A stretch of 57,712 nt of DNA, filler included, from Sphacelaria rigidula (taxonomy: Eukaryota), in the NCBI GenBank assembly GCA_964200075.2. It is 7 parts of 7 records of this genome, joined end to end, with 100 filler letters (N's around TTAATTAATTAA, not from the genome) between each part and the next. Parts side by side here need not be neighbours in the genome. Positions count along the whole stretch, not along the records: positions 33,040 to 41,197 come from CAXNAA020012090.1; positions 41,298 to 49,455 come from CAXNAA020012091.1; positions 49,556 to 57,712 come from CAXNAA020012092.1; 4 more parts are not named here. One strand, 5' to 3'. Below are positions 36,659-50,445 of this stretch, in pieces. Under the pieces are notes generated by a model. It searched no databases. It was not told the origin of the DNA and worked only from the letters and a program-made list of their open reading frames with translations. Numbering within the stretch: position 1 is the first letter of the stretch; every line of letters starts with the position of its first letter. Position numbers and translations under genes: made by a program.

Positions 36659-38691
36659 TATTCATGTTTACATGACAACTCATAGGCGGACAAAAGGAAT
36701 GCCCATCGGGCTCCAAAAATCGACACGATCTCTGATGTGCGGTGTACGTCGATCTTATTTGTATCATTGATATATCAAATTTCATCTCTCAATTTCCCAC
36801 TGGTGTACTGTTCATATATAGTGAGCACTGAAATTGGCCTGATTGCCAGTTAGTAGGACACAAAGCGGGTGTCACTGTGCAGTAACGCGTTGCTGTTTTC
36901 GTACGTGCGGGCGTGCAATCGTTCCTTCGTTAGCGATCGCTCCGTTTCAGTATACAGTGAGGTACTGGTGAAACGGGACAAAAAAAGGAGCGCGACGGAT
37001 GGTGCTCCTCAGTTGAAACACACGCTTGGACGGTGAGATCAAGGGCAGTGTCCCATGCCAATTCCACAGTGGAATGACACCGATTCAATGGTACACGGGG
37101 CACATCCACGACCACCCAAACTATTCCCCCCCCCTTAAGTACGCGCAAGGATTATTCATCAACCGTCAGGGCCCGTCAAACACGGAATGTTGTTCTCCTC
37201 AACATGCGAGTGTTATCACTGGGACATGCACATCTTAATGGCTGATTTTAGACCACTTTTATCGCCCTTCCCGACGGCGAGATGAGCGTATCCCCTCGCG
37301 AAACGTCCTCCCTCGGGGGTGTTATCCGACGTAACAGAAATTTGCGGCGGGACTGCACAATGCTTCCGAACGCACGAGATGTGTCATCAAAACATCGGCA
37401 CTCTTAGAATGTATACCTAAGGTAGTCAGGGGCACCGTTCGTTTGCGATAGGCTGTCACGTTTGATACCACCGTCACGGACGGCTACTTTCCTATCTCAG
37501 GGAAAAACACCGGCCCAACCTCCACATGAGACTCCATCAATCTTGTACGCATCTTTTCTATGTCGTGGTATACGTGCCATGCATTACTTTTTCGACACTT
37601 GATGAGGTCTCGGATGTACTGTAACAGCCCAATCGAAGGAGGGGCAACATTAGCCTGCAAGTATTTTCAATTTTCAATATATTGGACAGGATTCGCCGGT
37701 CCAAGTACTGAAACTTCACTCGGCGTTGATTGCCAAGCCTGACTTGTCCCGATTTGGAGGCAAATTCTTCCCGTACTAATTTGACAGCGTGGATGCGCTT
37801 GTTGGGTTGCCTTTGTTGATGAAGTGTCTTGAATACCCCGAAATGACAACATCGGATTTTCGATTGTTATTTTCCAGTGAAAGGGGGGTTGGGGTTAACA
37901 CCGCTAAAGGCACCGCGGATTTGGCCTCTCCACCGAATGTTCAGTCGGAACACAATCTTTACCCTCCATTTGAGTGAGAATTGGACGGGAGAAAATTTCG
38001 TATGGACGGCCCCGGAAGTGCCCCACATCCAACAATTGTCGGGATACCCCCTCCTGCACCTTCCCTTGCCCCAATGGCAGTGGCTCATAGAGATGGAGGT
38101 GCCCGGGCGTGGCAGCTCCTCATCGTTAGCTGCACCATTGGTGACCGGGGAAGCTGATCAGGAAGCCTCGTCAGCAGCAAGAAGAGAAAGGCCGCTGGTA
38201 GCGCGTCTAGTGAAGCAAGTTAGCGGCCCTTTCGAAGTGTTAGATCTCCATACGGCACCTCAGATAACACCATGAGAGGACCTCTCTTGCAGTCTCCCGC
38301 CGCAGCTTCCGCTAGTGCGACTCTTGGTAGTGTCGGTATTGATATTAATAGTACTTGTTAGTACTTGTTAGTATGTTAGTGACGGCTGTCTGCCTGCATA
38401 CCTCTCGCTGCGTATCTCATTTATAAAAAAAATCCGATATGGGCTTCTTTCGTCTCTGGAAGCGTACACGTTCACAAAAATCCAATCACCGTTGTCAAAA
38501 AGTAGAGTTGGCGATTTCTCTTTTCTCATGAGGTGAGCTCGAATAGCCCTTGTATTGCATTCAGTGGAAAGGCGGAAAATTTGCAGGAACGACCGCTTGT
38601 AGCTTGTGCCTTGTATTTCCTAATCGTGGGAACCAGTCAAGGGGTATGTGTTGGGCGAGATTTCCTCCTTCCTTCAAGGAATAAAAAAAAA

Positions 38692-39051
38692 GTCCCCTCG
38701 GTGGCTCAGTCGGTAACCTCGTAACCTTCTGACGGTTGGGACGTGGGTTTGAATCTCGATGAAGTTACACGATCTGGGATTTTTCTTATAATATGCGCCC
38801 AACAGTGGAGAGGGACCATGTTGTGGGTACACAAAACTCGACTTCACGGTCGACTAGGGAAGGGGACCAGTGAACCCTTCGGGCGATAACAACAAAGGCA
38901 AGCACCAGAAGAAAGGCGGAGTGCTGAAACGAATCAAAAAACAAAATACTCCTCTGTCGACCTTCCTCCTGTGTGATCCCGGCTGATGCGCCCACATATA
39001 CGGAAAGGTGTAGATTCACGTCCAGAATATATGGGATGATGTCACAACACA
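38692..39051 (+). mobile_element. SINE family A, full-length
   Basis: A-box GGTGGCTCAGTCGGT, B-box-like GGGTTTGAATCTC, and the same body and tail as 31376-31744. Confidence 0.88.
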
Positions 39052-40332
39052 CAGCAGTCCCTCGCTCGAACTTTAAGAAATACCGTGCATCCAGCCCTAG
39101 ACGGTGGCTGAGGCGGCTAGTGATGACGAGTGCTTGAACGGGGTAGAGAGCGGTCGAGACTGCCCTAATGGGGGAAAAGGGTGAAGAGGGATATCTCGGG
39201 CAAGCAGACTGCGAGGACACCGCTTTTCGAGACGCATTTCTGCCGTCAAGCCAGAGTCAAGCCAAAGTCGGACTGAGAAGGGGTCGGTGTATGCAGCGGT
39301 TGACAGCAAGTAGGTACCCAACAGTCCGTCATCGTTTCAAGGCCAATATGGCCATGCTCAGCGGTGTTAGGTAGATATAGAGCTCGACTGCGCTTTCGTT
39401 TGATGGCAATGCAGGAGTGAAGTCTGTGTGCCGGTCTTTTAGCACCATACATGGGCAGTGCCTATACCCTCATCATACCCTCATGGTGGCACTGCCGACT
39501 TTCGCACACAAGTGTCCTCTGCCTTGTCAAGTGAAGCTTGTTGACAGAGACCGAAAAGTGGAAAAGTGGGTATGTTATGTGTATTTTATGTGGTAAATAC
39601 GTGAACAAAGTCCAAATGCTGCACGCTAGTACGGAACTTCATCGAAGGTTCATGTTGGACTCCCTAGCTCTGAGCTGATATCCCCCCCCCCTCCCCCTCC
39701 TCCTCTATTCTTCACATCCATGCAATACGGAGAAACACTGTTAGTAGGAACAAAAAACGCGCAAAAACAAAAGTTCGAGATGAAATGTGCGAATGATAAT
39801 TTCAGTCATACCCGTCGACACGATGTTTTCATCTGCAGTTTCAGATAAAACCAACGGGATGACATGTGTAGTGGTGGTATGCATTGGGCACACCATACAA
39901 AAGCTGGTAACTGTGACTTTCCAACGATGGTGGTTTCGTCCTCAGGCGTTTCGTAGCGCATGCAAGAGGTCATGTTGATTACGACAGCACTGTTTTTTGT
40001 ACGGGGGGAGGAACGCCGTCTCCACATCCCTGAATGAAGACGCACACGACATATCGATGAAAATCTTGGAATAAGACCGAGGGAGCTTTTGAAACCGTTT
40101 TTCAAAATATGAAAATGCGCTCTATAGATGCCCAAATGAAGTGGGGTCTGCAGATCACAGCGTGCCCCGCAGCTATGCCCCGCAAGAAAGGTAGGAAAAC
40201 AGCAGCCTCTGGCACTTCTCCAAAAGTGGCGAGAAGAGACAAGCCACACGCGTACATCAACAGCACGGAGATAGAAAGACGTGAAGAAGCCGTGACTGCA
40301 GAGAAGGAAGCCGTTGCTACAGACAAGGCAGC

Positions 40333-40722
40333 CGTTGTTGAATTTGACGTTCAACACGCCGTAGATATGGCATGCCATATCTCCAACCCCTGATCCATGG
40401 TCGGAGGGGCACCGACTGGAATAATTCACGAAATGAGCCTCACTTCTTGTGCGCACTTTGTTTCTTGCTTTGTTGTTGCTGGCCATTGTTCGCGTGGACC
40501 TTGCGGTTTATCCGAGCTATCGTTTGTTGAATTCGACGTCAACACGCCGGAGATATGGCATGCCATATCTCAGCGCCTGATCCATGATCGGAGGGGAACC
40601 AACGGGAAGATTTCACGGAATGGGCCTTCACTTTTTGTGTGCATCTTGTTCTTCATTTTTTGTTGCTGGCCATTGTTCGCGTGGAACTTGTGGTTTATCC
40701 GAGCTATCGTTTGTTGAAATCG
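40333..40722. repeat. ~190-bp tandem duplication
   Basis: AGATATGGCATGCCATATCT and GCTGGCCATTGTTCGCGTGG each occur twice, about 190 bp apart. Confidence 0.85.
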
Positions 40723-41197
40723 ACCCCAAAATGCTCGAATTACGTCCTTTCATGCACCCATTCCTATTAACAATGTTCCCCCGTAATTGGTTGATATAGC
40801 ACCGTGTGGTTCTCCATTGATGTTGTGCTGCCAAGCACATTGACTTTGTGCACCTGCACTGCCTACAGTCTCGAATCCGCTTGAAAGGGAAAAGGTACCG
40901 TACCGTCACACAACGCATTTCTGTGTACACTACCGGCTCCATAACACCGGTAGCAAGAAAATGAAGTACGGGCTGGTTCACAGGGAACACCTCAAATGCA
41001 CTCATCAGCGGATACATGGTATCATACTAACCGCCATAGACGAATGAAAAGGGTGGCACAGCCGGATTTTTATTCAAGGCCGTAGCGGTGGCGTCAGGTG
41101 GGGGGGGGGCGTACTCATTTGTTGCTTGCCTTAGTCGTTTGACGCGTGAACACGGCTCCCTTTCGAGACGGAGGAGGGGGGGGGGGCGCACACACGG

Positions 41198-41297
41198 NNN
41201 NNNNNNNNNNNNNNNNNNNNNNNNNNNNNNNNNNNNNNNNNTTAATTAATTAANNNNNNNNNNNNNNNNNNNNNNNNNNNNNNNNNNNNNNNNNNNN
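41198..41297. other. Artificial contig linker
   Basis: N44-TTAATTAATTAA-N44. Confidence 0.97.
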
Positions 41298-41658
41298 TAT
41301 TCGGGATATCCCCAGCACATTGGAATAATAATCCTGGCGTACTCTCGCATATTTTTATAAGTCGTGTTTTGGATGAGATCAGGGGCTCCTAACAATTCTA
41401 ATCTCATAAACTATTTCTGTACCCCTACCGTAGCATCACTCTCCTGGCAGTATGAACCGAGCCAACCAATGTTGCCAATGGCTGGTTCCAATCACCGGCA
41501 GTAGTGTCGGTACTCCGCATGACCATCTCTTCGATAAAGGAAATGCTGATAACCCGGGAGGGGGGGGGGGGGGACCCCCCGGGCAGGCGCTATAGNNNNN
41601 NNNNNGCGCCGCTCCCGGCCGCTGGGTCCCCCTCCCAAAAAATCAACCAGCGGAACAA

Positions 41659-41698
<40 letters not shown>

Positions 41699-42663
41699 AC
41701 CGCACGGGCAGTCGCTATAGAGACGGTATGTGGTCGGTACCATGTCAAGATGACAAAAGCCAAGGGCGCAAGCAGATGAAACCTCCCACGCTCGTGTTTG
41801 TTTTCTCCATTATCTCCCATACGAGCCGGTTTATGCCGTCTGAACCAGCTTAGCGCCTCGTATGACCATGGCTTCGGCGCCGTTCTTGAGCTGATTTAGG
41901 GGCGGCTACAGTATCGCGATATCACTCCTTGGTTGAACATACTATTATTATATGTGTGTCATGGAGCAATATATGACCTTCTCTTTGGCTTTGTCATTAT
42001 TCGCAACGATACCTGCTCGTTAGTTCATAGTCCGCCATGTCAGGAAGCACGCGAGCTACTCAGAAAGGCTCATAACCTATTATGGGAATTGCGATGTGTT
42101 CCCACGCAGACGGTGGCAGAGGCTGACGCCCACCGACGTTAGTCGATGTGATAACTCGGAGAGCTTGTAGCAGTGGAAATACGGCAGTACTTCAGGGCCC
42201 AGAGAGATGACAAAGTGATCTAAGTACTCGTCGAGAACGAGTGTTCTTCAGATATTAACAATGATTCCTCCGCATACGTTACATGCCAACCGACACTAAT
42301 CACACCGATTACACATGGTTCCGCTACATGAACTACATATACCAGTGCTGCTGAAACATTGATCATGGACATGAAGAAGATGTGTGAATTTTTCCATAAC
42401 AAATGATAGATTGCTCTCTTCTTTCACCCAATGCCCCCGATCGTTAATTTGCCCACTTGACACATGCAAAGCTTTGCTCGATTCTTGCTAATCTATGCAT
42501 GCGCTTCCCATGCGTTGTATAGCAATGTCCGGCCTTTACGATCTGCTACCTCCGATCGTATTGCTCGGTTATAGCAGGATATATACGTCGAAACAATAGC
42601 CACCATTTTGGCGACGCGGATCGGGTTCGCCGTACAATAAGCTCGGCGGAGAAGTCGAATGCG

Positions 42664-45600
42664 CTAGCGTCCCATGATAGGTGAAAGTGTTGGAAGCTTG
42701 TCGAGCCTCAATTTCCGAGCGCGAACTTGGCAATTGACGTCCTGCTGCATCTGCTCTTTCGCCCTCTCCTTGCTTCCTAACCCGAAAAATTGGTGCAAGA
42801 ACTCCGCGCCGTCGACGTAGCTTTCGTGTTTTTTATTGGGTAACGAGGCGTTTTGACATGCAGCAAATCCGAACGGAACGATGGGGCGGTGGCAGCGGAC
42901 GGCAAAAAAGAGACAGGGCAGGGCGGATACAGTGATTTTGGTGATAGACACCGCAAGGGTGTTTGGCTACCGCGGGTGAAGAACCGGCCCGAAAAGGTCG
43001 GAGAAGCGTCAACTGCTTCATCAATCAGACTGAACGCCATAGTAGCATCATCGCATCCGGGGGTTGCGAATGTACGGCGCAGTAGTTGGGCACATATTCG
43101 TACCCGAGAATCCGACTTAGCCTTTTCCTTGTCAACTCACCGGTCGCGGTTGACATCCATTATGTGAAAGAGGGCTGAGAACTGCGGGTCAGATAACCTC
43201 AATCCGAAGGACAGGTGAAGCTGCTCCCGGAAGTCGTCAGGTGCCAAGGCGGAGGCAAACTCTCGTCGAGCACCATCACGGCCGGTCCTGGCATATTTTG
43301 GGTAAACCGTCACAAATCAGTCTGCCTACGGCGGCGGTGGCGGTGTGGTCGACGGGCGCGACTAGCTGTGGGCAGAAGCAAGCAGCAAACAAGCAGCGTT
43401 CTTGGGAAAAAACGGGCAGACCTAGTGCTCGCGTGCAAGCATGTCTTTCTCGAGATTTCACGCTGCAATGCTGTCGACCACCATTTTCATCCGAGAGTCC
43501 ATGGAGTACTGTTTTCGGAACAACGCGTTGTTATCGACAAGCTAACTTTTCGAGAACTCGTAGTCATTCAGAAGTGTGACATGTCGTGAGTCGTACGTTC
43601 ATACCCTCTCACTCTCGACCGAAAGTATGCATGGCTAAAATAGGTGGCATAAATTGATGTTTACACCCTTTGGTCAGTCGCTGGTCTACCCAGGAGCCAA
43701 GCTACACACGTCTTCCCTGCATAGTGCCTCGCCTCTTTTCGCCCCTGTATCGAACATGACGGGAGGTGAAATACCTCTGCAGACACAAAGACCAGTGCGA
43801 TGTCTTGATGCAAACGGCCGTACCCCCGTCAGCTACCAAACCCCTCTCAAACCGGGCTGCTTGTGGTGTGTAGTAACCCCGGTCACCTCTGGTCGTGGTA
43901 AGAACGGGCCACATTGGCGAGAATCGCAAGCGCTTCCTGCGCGTCTGATTCGGAAAATTCAACGTCGACTATTGCCTGGTTCTCCCTGTCCCACGCAGCT
44001 CTTCTCTCACGCTGCTCTTCTTGTTGCTTCCTCTGCTCCTCGACCCGTTCAGCGGCTTGCTTCGCTAGTCGCTCCTGGTATGACAGCAGAATTACATTGT
44101 CTCGCGTTCAATAGGCAGTGAGTGCTCGTGCGAGAATACGTGCGTTAGTCCGGTCGTGTGCGAACCAACCGAACGATCAACTTTGGCGGGGAATTTAGCG
44201 AGCATGGAAGGGAGGATATAGCACCACATGGTCACACACTCTATAACAGTACATGTGGGATCACCCGCTGAAAACTCTTGGTTCGTAAAGGAAATGGGTA
44301 CACCTTCTCCCTCGCCGGTACGCCCTGCGCAGGCAACAATGGGGGGTGGTATCTTTGCGACAAACAGACTTGTCCGGTGTCCGGCTTCCCGTCCCTGCTC
44401 GTCAACCTGACCAAACCCGAACAACGAACAGCCGATCACCGAAATTGAGGATGGAGCGTTTCACGGTGGATGATAACCCGAAGAATTAAAATCTTCGTAT
44501 CCACACAATTCCCCATAATTTGTTTGTTCATCTAGGACGCCAAAATTTCGCTTATCGGAATCCAAATTTGTATGGCGTGTAGCAGTTGTCAATAGCAACC
44601 AGCAGGTGAACGAATGCAACCATATTTCGAAGAATTGGTGTGAATACGAAGACTTCAACTTTCCAGGTTACCATCCACGATGAAAAGCTCCATCCTCAAT
44701 TTTGATGATCGGCTATTAACGACACTTAGGTCGTTAACACAAAGTACTGCACCTACCTCCCTATTTTTGTTGCCGATGTGTAAGAACCACCTCACGAAAT
44801 ACTCCCCATTCACACGGCCAGTTCCGTCGGGATCGAAAAACTCTGTTATCGCTGCCGCCTCCGAGGGGCGGAGATATATGTGAAGCGCCATTTGCAGCTG
44901 TTCTTTAAACTCGCCGGGAATAAGACCGCGGCGCTGGCGTTGCGGAAAGAAACAAACAGGAAGCCGAAGAGGGAAGAAGCACTTGCTGACAAACTATAGG
45001 TGTTGACGCGCCCCGACCACACTTCTCACCGGCTGATTCTACGTGCTGAACAAGCCTATAAAATGGATTTAAGCTCTCACAGCCATATCGCATCGACGCA
45101 GACGAATTGGGTCGTGACCCGCATATCGTGACGAATGGTCTAACCAAGGGGCAGATGCCGACTTGCTTTGCAGCCTGTGTAGATTTTTGCTCGCCGATCA
45201 AGCGCTACATTGAGTAGTGGTGCCTACGACGTACTGAGATAGTGTCCATGCTAAAGTCCATACGGAACCCCGAACGATATGTACGGCGGATGATGATGAT
45301 TTTTGGTGTGAGCCTTCCCTTGGGCACGGGGAAGTTATGGACACCCTCACCTTCACCCCGACCGATCACCTTCGTACAAATATGGCACGAAAAAACTACC
45401 AATATCAATATGTTACGAGCAGGGGCATTAAGAGCCCTTCTCTGGGGCTCTCACTTCAATCTTGAGAGTTGTGCTTCAAAAATTGTTATGGAGTATCGCA
45501 TACTAGAAACAAAACTACGCGGACCACATTTTTTTTTTCATCAGTTGAGGACATTTTTGTGAAAAAAAAAAGCAACGTAGTTTCTCAACTAGAGCTACGT

Positions 45601-46877
45601 TTTCAGAATCGTGCTTTGAAATTTTAGCGTGGAGAATCGCAAGGGCATAAAAAGAACAAAACTGCGTGGACAATGATTTTCTTCATGACTTAGGGACATT
45701 CCGGTGAAAAAGTGGTTCTTATTCCACTCAAGCATCCCTAATTCACGAATATATGTACATATATATACATATCCCACATATTTTCCATGATTAATACGCC
45801 CTTGCAATTCTCCACGCAAAATTCTCAAGCACGAGTTTCGAAACTGGGCTGCTGAATAGCCTGCAACATACAGCTCCACTTGTAGGCTAGCCTAGCCTGT
45901 GAATCAGACATTCTCATCTCAATTTTGAGGGTTGCAATTAAAAAATTTGGTTGGGAGAATCGGTAGGGCATAATAAAATAAAATAAAAAATCCTCACCCT
46001 GAGTTTTGTTCTTCACGAATCAGGGACGTTTTGGAGAAGAACGGATACTGTTTTTTGCCTTCAACCCATGAAAAAAATAAACTCAGTGGTGAAGATTTTT
46101 TTTTTTAGTGCGCCCTACCGATTCTCCACATCAGCTGTTGAATTTCAACTCTCAAAATTGAGGTGAGAATCTGCCTGCAACCTATAGGTCCGCTTCTAGG
46201 CTGGGCCAGCTCGTACTTTCCTAGTGTGTGCTTGGGCCGGCGAAAAAATGCGTCGACAAACAAAGAATAATTCCATGATTTTTTTTCTCGCGGACCTCGC
46301 ACTGAACACTCGGGCCGGTTTGCCTTTTCATGAGTCATGTATGGCGAACGGCATGGTAGAGCAAAAATACTCGCCTGGATTCCTTTGACGCCGACTTTAG
46401 AGTGCATCCAAGCGAACGACGATGCGACGGCGGTGATCTTTTCCAGGCCAGCGTCGAGAGGGGGGCGTTTTCGTCGTTTACGGCTGCTTGCGGCGCCCCC
46501 GCCGCGGAGTGCTGCGCGACGCTCGCTGTCAGTGCTCTTTGCAGCCATCCTATTCTGTGCAGTAGGGTGCAATTGGTCCGTGGTTCACGAATCGTTGCTG
46601 ATATACGGACGGGAATGGAGTTCCGGTCAACCTTCCTATTTTGACAGTGTTATGCCCGGCGACGTGTGTTTGCCGGATGCTTACCACAGCTTTTACCTCG
46701 CCGTGCGCCCAGCAACATCCCAGGGCTCCGGTGGTAGTTTGTTCTCATGTGTATCGATGTTTTTGATCCATTTTTATGCGGTATTTATACCAAGATCGCA
46801 AATGATTTGATTCGTAGGATTAAGACATTGTGGGCTGATAAACGGAGTAACGAGGCAAACATACGCACGCGCGCGCG

Positions 46878-46908
<31 letters not shown>

Positions 46909-47341
46909 GCACAAAAGCGCAAAAAAAAATAGTAGTCACGAAACACACGCTACTGTAAAATATTTTGATTGCTTGACAACGCGCGTATGGTACCTTTATG
47001 AGCTGCTGGTGCGCTTTTCGAAAGGGCTGCAAGTCGTTGTACACGGACGTGGAGAGAGAATGCATCATCTTCTTGGATGTCGAAGATGCCGCATTGCTGC
47101 TACTACCGTCGCCGCACCCCCATTCGCCCCCGAAGGAGGTGCCATTTGTTTTGCTGCCATGCGCTGTCCTCGTTGTCGCTTTGTGCGCGATCTTCGGACC
47201 GGAACCGAACCCCGGTCGATAGGTTGTAACCGATGAATCGGATACGGGCGAGCTCGCCCGTTGTCGACTGTGGAGCAGAGCGCTTCGCTTCCCGCGGGAG
47301 ACACGGACTCCGGTCGCTGCTCTCGGTTTTGTCGTTCCGTC
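42664..47341 (-). CDS. EF-hand-like domain protein with two homologous modules (3' part of a spliced gene)
   Basis: Phase-consistent exons 47341-46994, 46554-46375 (GC donor), 44933-44757 (FDPDGTGRVNGEYF), 44074-43887, 43287-43141 and 42820-42664 (MDVNRDR|YVDGAEF, stop TAG). Confidence 0.85.
45445..46190. mobile_element. Modular inverted-repeat (MITE/foldback-like) element in an intron
   Basis: ~45895-45980 is inverted to ~46100-46190 (ATTCTCATCTCAATTTTGAG...GGAGAATCGGTAGGGC). Diverged copies of the same arm lie at ~45445 and ~45600. Confidence 0.65.
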
Positions 47342-47758
47342 CTGCACTATATTTCACGTCGGAATCGCGCGCGGGAGTAAAGTTGGGCAAGGGTGTAGAG
47401 CCAACCGACGGGATACTCTTGCCAGGAATCGTTGGCGCCGACTCTGTGGCCAGTATGGGCAGCGTAGACACAGCGTGCTGCACATATGGCACAACTACAC
47501 ATTCCCGTGGTACCCGTTTGAGACGGCGGTGAATATGTTCGGGATTGCGCTGCTGAATACGTTTTGGATGGGGACCGACAAAAATCGGGGCGCGCTTTTG
47601 AGGGTAAGGCGCGACACCTCACTTGCACGAAATGAGGGGGGGGGGGGGGGGGGGGGGGGGGCGTTACCAGGTTTAAAAAAGGGGGGGGGGGCCCCCCAGA
47701 AGCCGCGGACAAGATTTTCGACNNNNNNNNNNGGGGGGGGGGCGGGAGGGGGGCGGGA

Positions 47759-47793
<35 letters not shown>

Positions 47794-49012
47794 AGGATGC
47801 GTTATCAGGTCTATCAATAGGGAGAGGAGACCGCCAGAAGCCGCGGTACAGCTTATCGATCCTCAAGCACATGGGCGAGCTACCACAAGCGTAAACAGCG
47901 TATTATCTCTGTAGAACTACCTCTGCGTTCCGCAATACGCTGCTGAGGGCGCACAAGATCCGCTTACGAAGAGTCGGTCCTCACCTGGATTAAGGGCACT
48001 CTTCAGCCTCCCCGGATTTTGTGTCAATGCCGGGAAAAGGAGGACCGCTCGGGCGATGTCGCCCTGCACGTGCGTCCATATTGTGGATGGGTTCGAAATT
48101 TGTTTCACCAGGTCAGATTCTATTCTCGTGCTGTATGAGTGGGCACGGCTGGTGCATACTTCGTTGCACGAGTGATTGTGCAACAGAGGAGTGCACTTGC
48201 TAGCCCAAACGTTTTTTTAGGCTGCACGCTGAGGCCTATTGTACCGCAGCCCACAGTGAAGGCCCTGGGCATGCCAGTTCATTGCTTCGATGAATGTCAT
48301 GCCGACATGACTAGAGGAAGACGAGTATTCGTGTTCGTGTAGATAGTTCAGCTACCGGACGGTCGCACATGTTTTGAAAGTTACGCGAATCGCTGCTATT
48401 CTCTCCACCGTGCGCGGTTACTCGTCCAAACAAGGCTATACAGTGTTCAGAGAGACGGCAATTAGACGCGAACCTACCTCGCAAGTCATGTTCCTCGCTC
48501 GAGGTTTATCGATGTTTTGCGTCAAATAAGATGGAGCAGCAAAGAAGCTGTTTCCTGCTACTGGATGAAATACATAGAATATTGTGTGGACTTGTCACAG
48601 AGCCGTTCTTTGAGATTTTCACCATCTTCACTTGAAACAAGCTCATAAGGAATGCTTCTGCGCCAAATATTCGTACAAGTACCGTTGGATCGGGCGATAT
48701 ACAGGAAGCCATGTCATGGCTCAACCAATGGATTGGCTAACCTTCAAAAAGCAAACGAAAACAGCATGCAACAATAACAATAACTAGTCCTGCTATAGAT
48801 TGATTACATCACAGTCACAGCCTTCTCCTGATATTCCTTCACCGCGGAGCAATATTCTGTACATAAGCACAGACTGGACACCACGCCGAGGGCTCATATG
48901 CCCTCGGTGTTGTGCCAGCAGGTCCCTGTACTCCTGGGAGTTGTCTGGCATCGAATTCCCACACCTACCGTTGCAAAACTGTTTCTCCTGTAATGGGTAC
49001 TTCACGCCGTCT

Positions 49013-49190
49013 TGGCGGTCGATGAAAGAAACGGGCCGCTGAATCCTTCTCGCGATAAAAAATAATGGCAACCACCGCAGAAGGAAGGCGGAGCATTACA
49101 AAAAAAATCTTGTGTGTTGACCTTCCGCCTGCGTGACCCCGGCTGATGCGCCTACATATACCGAAAGGTGTAGACTGGCGTTCAGAGTAC
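49013..49190 (+). mobile_element. SINE family A, partial
   Basis: CGGTCGA...CCTTCTCGCGATAAAA...GTGACCCCGGCTGATGCGCC..GAAAGGTGTAGAC. Confidence 0.8.
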
Positions 49191-49455
49191 ATTAGCTTTG
49201 AACAGTCATGTTGTATACTGTAGTGTAGTGGTGACTTTTTCCGACAACGCAACATTATTTTAGCCGACGGTATACTCTAGAAGTCAAATGCCGTCTGATG
49301 GTGGATCTTGAGTCCAGGTGATTCCAGGTGTTTTGGATGAAGGCGATTGTCCATTTTTTTCGACTTGCCCTGAGAGTATATAGAGAATTGTGTAGTGTCG
49401 ACAGCTACGAGCTGGGCTAGCCTAAAAACGAATTTAAGCTCTAAAAGCAATATCT

Positions 49456-49555
49456 NNNNNNNNNNNNNNNNNNNNNNNNNNNNNNNNNNNNNNNNNNNNT
49501 TAATTAATTAANNNNNNNNNNNNNNNNNNNNNNNNNNNNNNNNNNNNNNNNNNNN
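49456..49555. other. Artificial contig linker
   Basis: N44-TTAATTAATTAA-N44. Confidence 0.97.
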
Positions 49556-49915
49556 TGCGTAATCGAGGCAACCAGGTTACCGTTTTTATTTTGCGCACTT
49601 GCGTTTTTTTCGCGGTAACCATGATGGTGGTCGAGCTAGATCATGTTGTGCGGCGTGAGAGAACCTCAAATCCGCACAATGGGGATGATCGCACTACGTG
49701 AGTGTTTAAATGGTGAGACACCCATGAGACAGTGTTTAAGCCGTTGCTATCTCAGGAAGTGGCGATACCACATGATGTAGCAACTCATTGGAGGCTGTCA
49801 TCCAAATGCAAGATAATCAGTAGGCTTCGGGCCGAACAGTCTTAGCAGGGTGCAGCTCACCCTCATGCGACTCGCCAAACACACGACAACGCTTCGCGCT
49901 TGATGATTGACTGCG

Positions 49916-50022
49916 AGCCTGGTCCGCCGAAAACCCGGCGTGCTCTGTCCCGGCTTTATAGGGATGCGAGGTCAACGGTCTGATGACTAAGGCATGCATG
50001 ATCATCAGTACCCCTCCCTCCC
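49916..50022 (-). repeat. Dispersed repeat end (CTACAAAGCCGGGACAGAGCACGCC...GGACCAGGCT family)
   Basis: Other copies at ~8080-8160 (+), ~33225-33270 (+) and 52330-52402 (+). Confidence 0.8.
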
Positions 50023-50445
50023 CCGTCCCTTCTCCTATTCGAGTATATTGTGGTGACGCCAATAAGCAGGTGCATCCGAAAAACAAACAATTCTTCTTGG
50101 GAAAAGTGACGCAGTACTGTATTGGTACTGATAGAAACCAAATTATCGATCGTTTGTCGTTACCAGCTATAAAGTCCATTGACTGATGACGTTTCATGCC
50201 GGTATCTAGGCTGTCATTGATGCGCAGCCTGGTTTTTAGGGGGGTGTACTTGTGATCTCGCACGCTATAGTCGTGGTTAGTGCTACCGATTATACACAAG
50301 TGCCCTGCTTTATACTGGTATTTCACGCACAGGATGGACACATTCTTGCTTTCTTTTGCTCAATAGTTGAAACTTTTTATGTCCCGTTCGTTTGGGACTC
50401 TACTCTGGCCGGATCCGTGGCGAACCTGCTTCGGGTTAACGTCAG

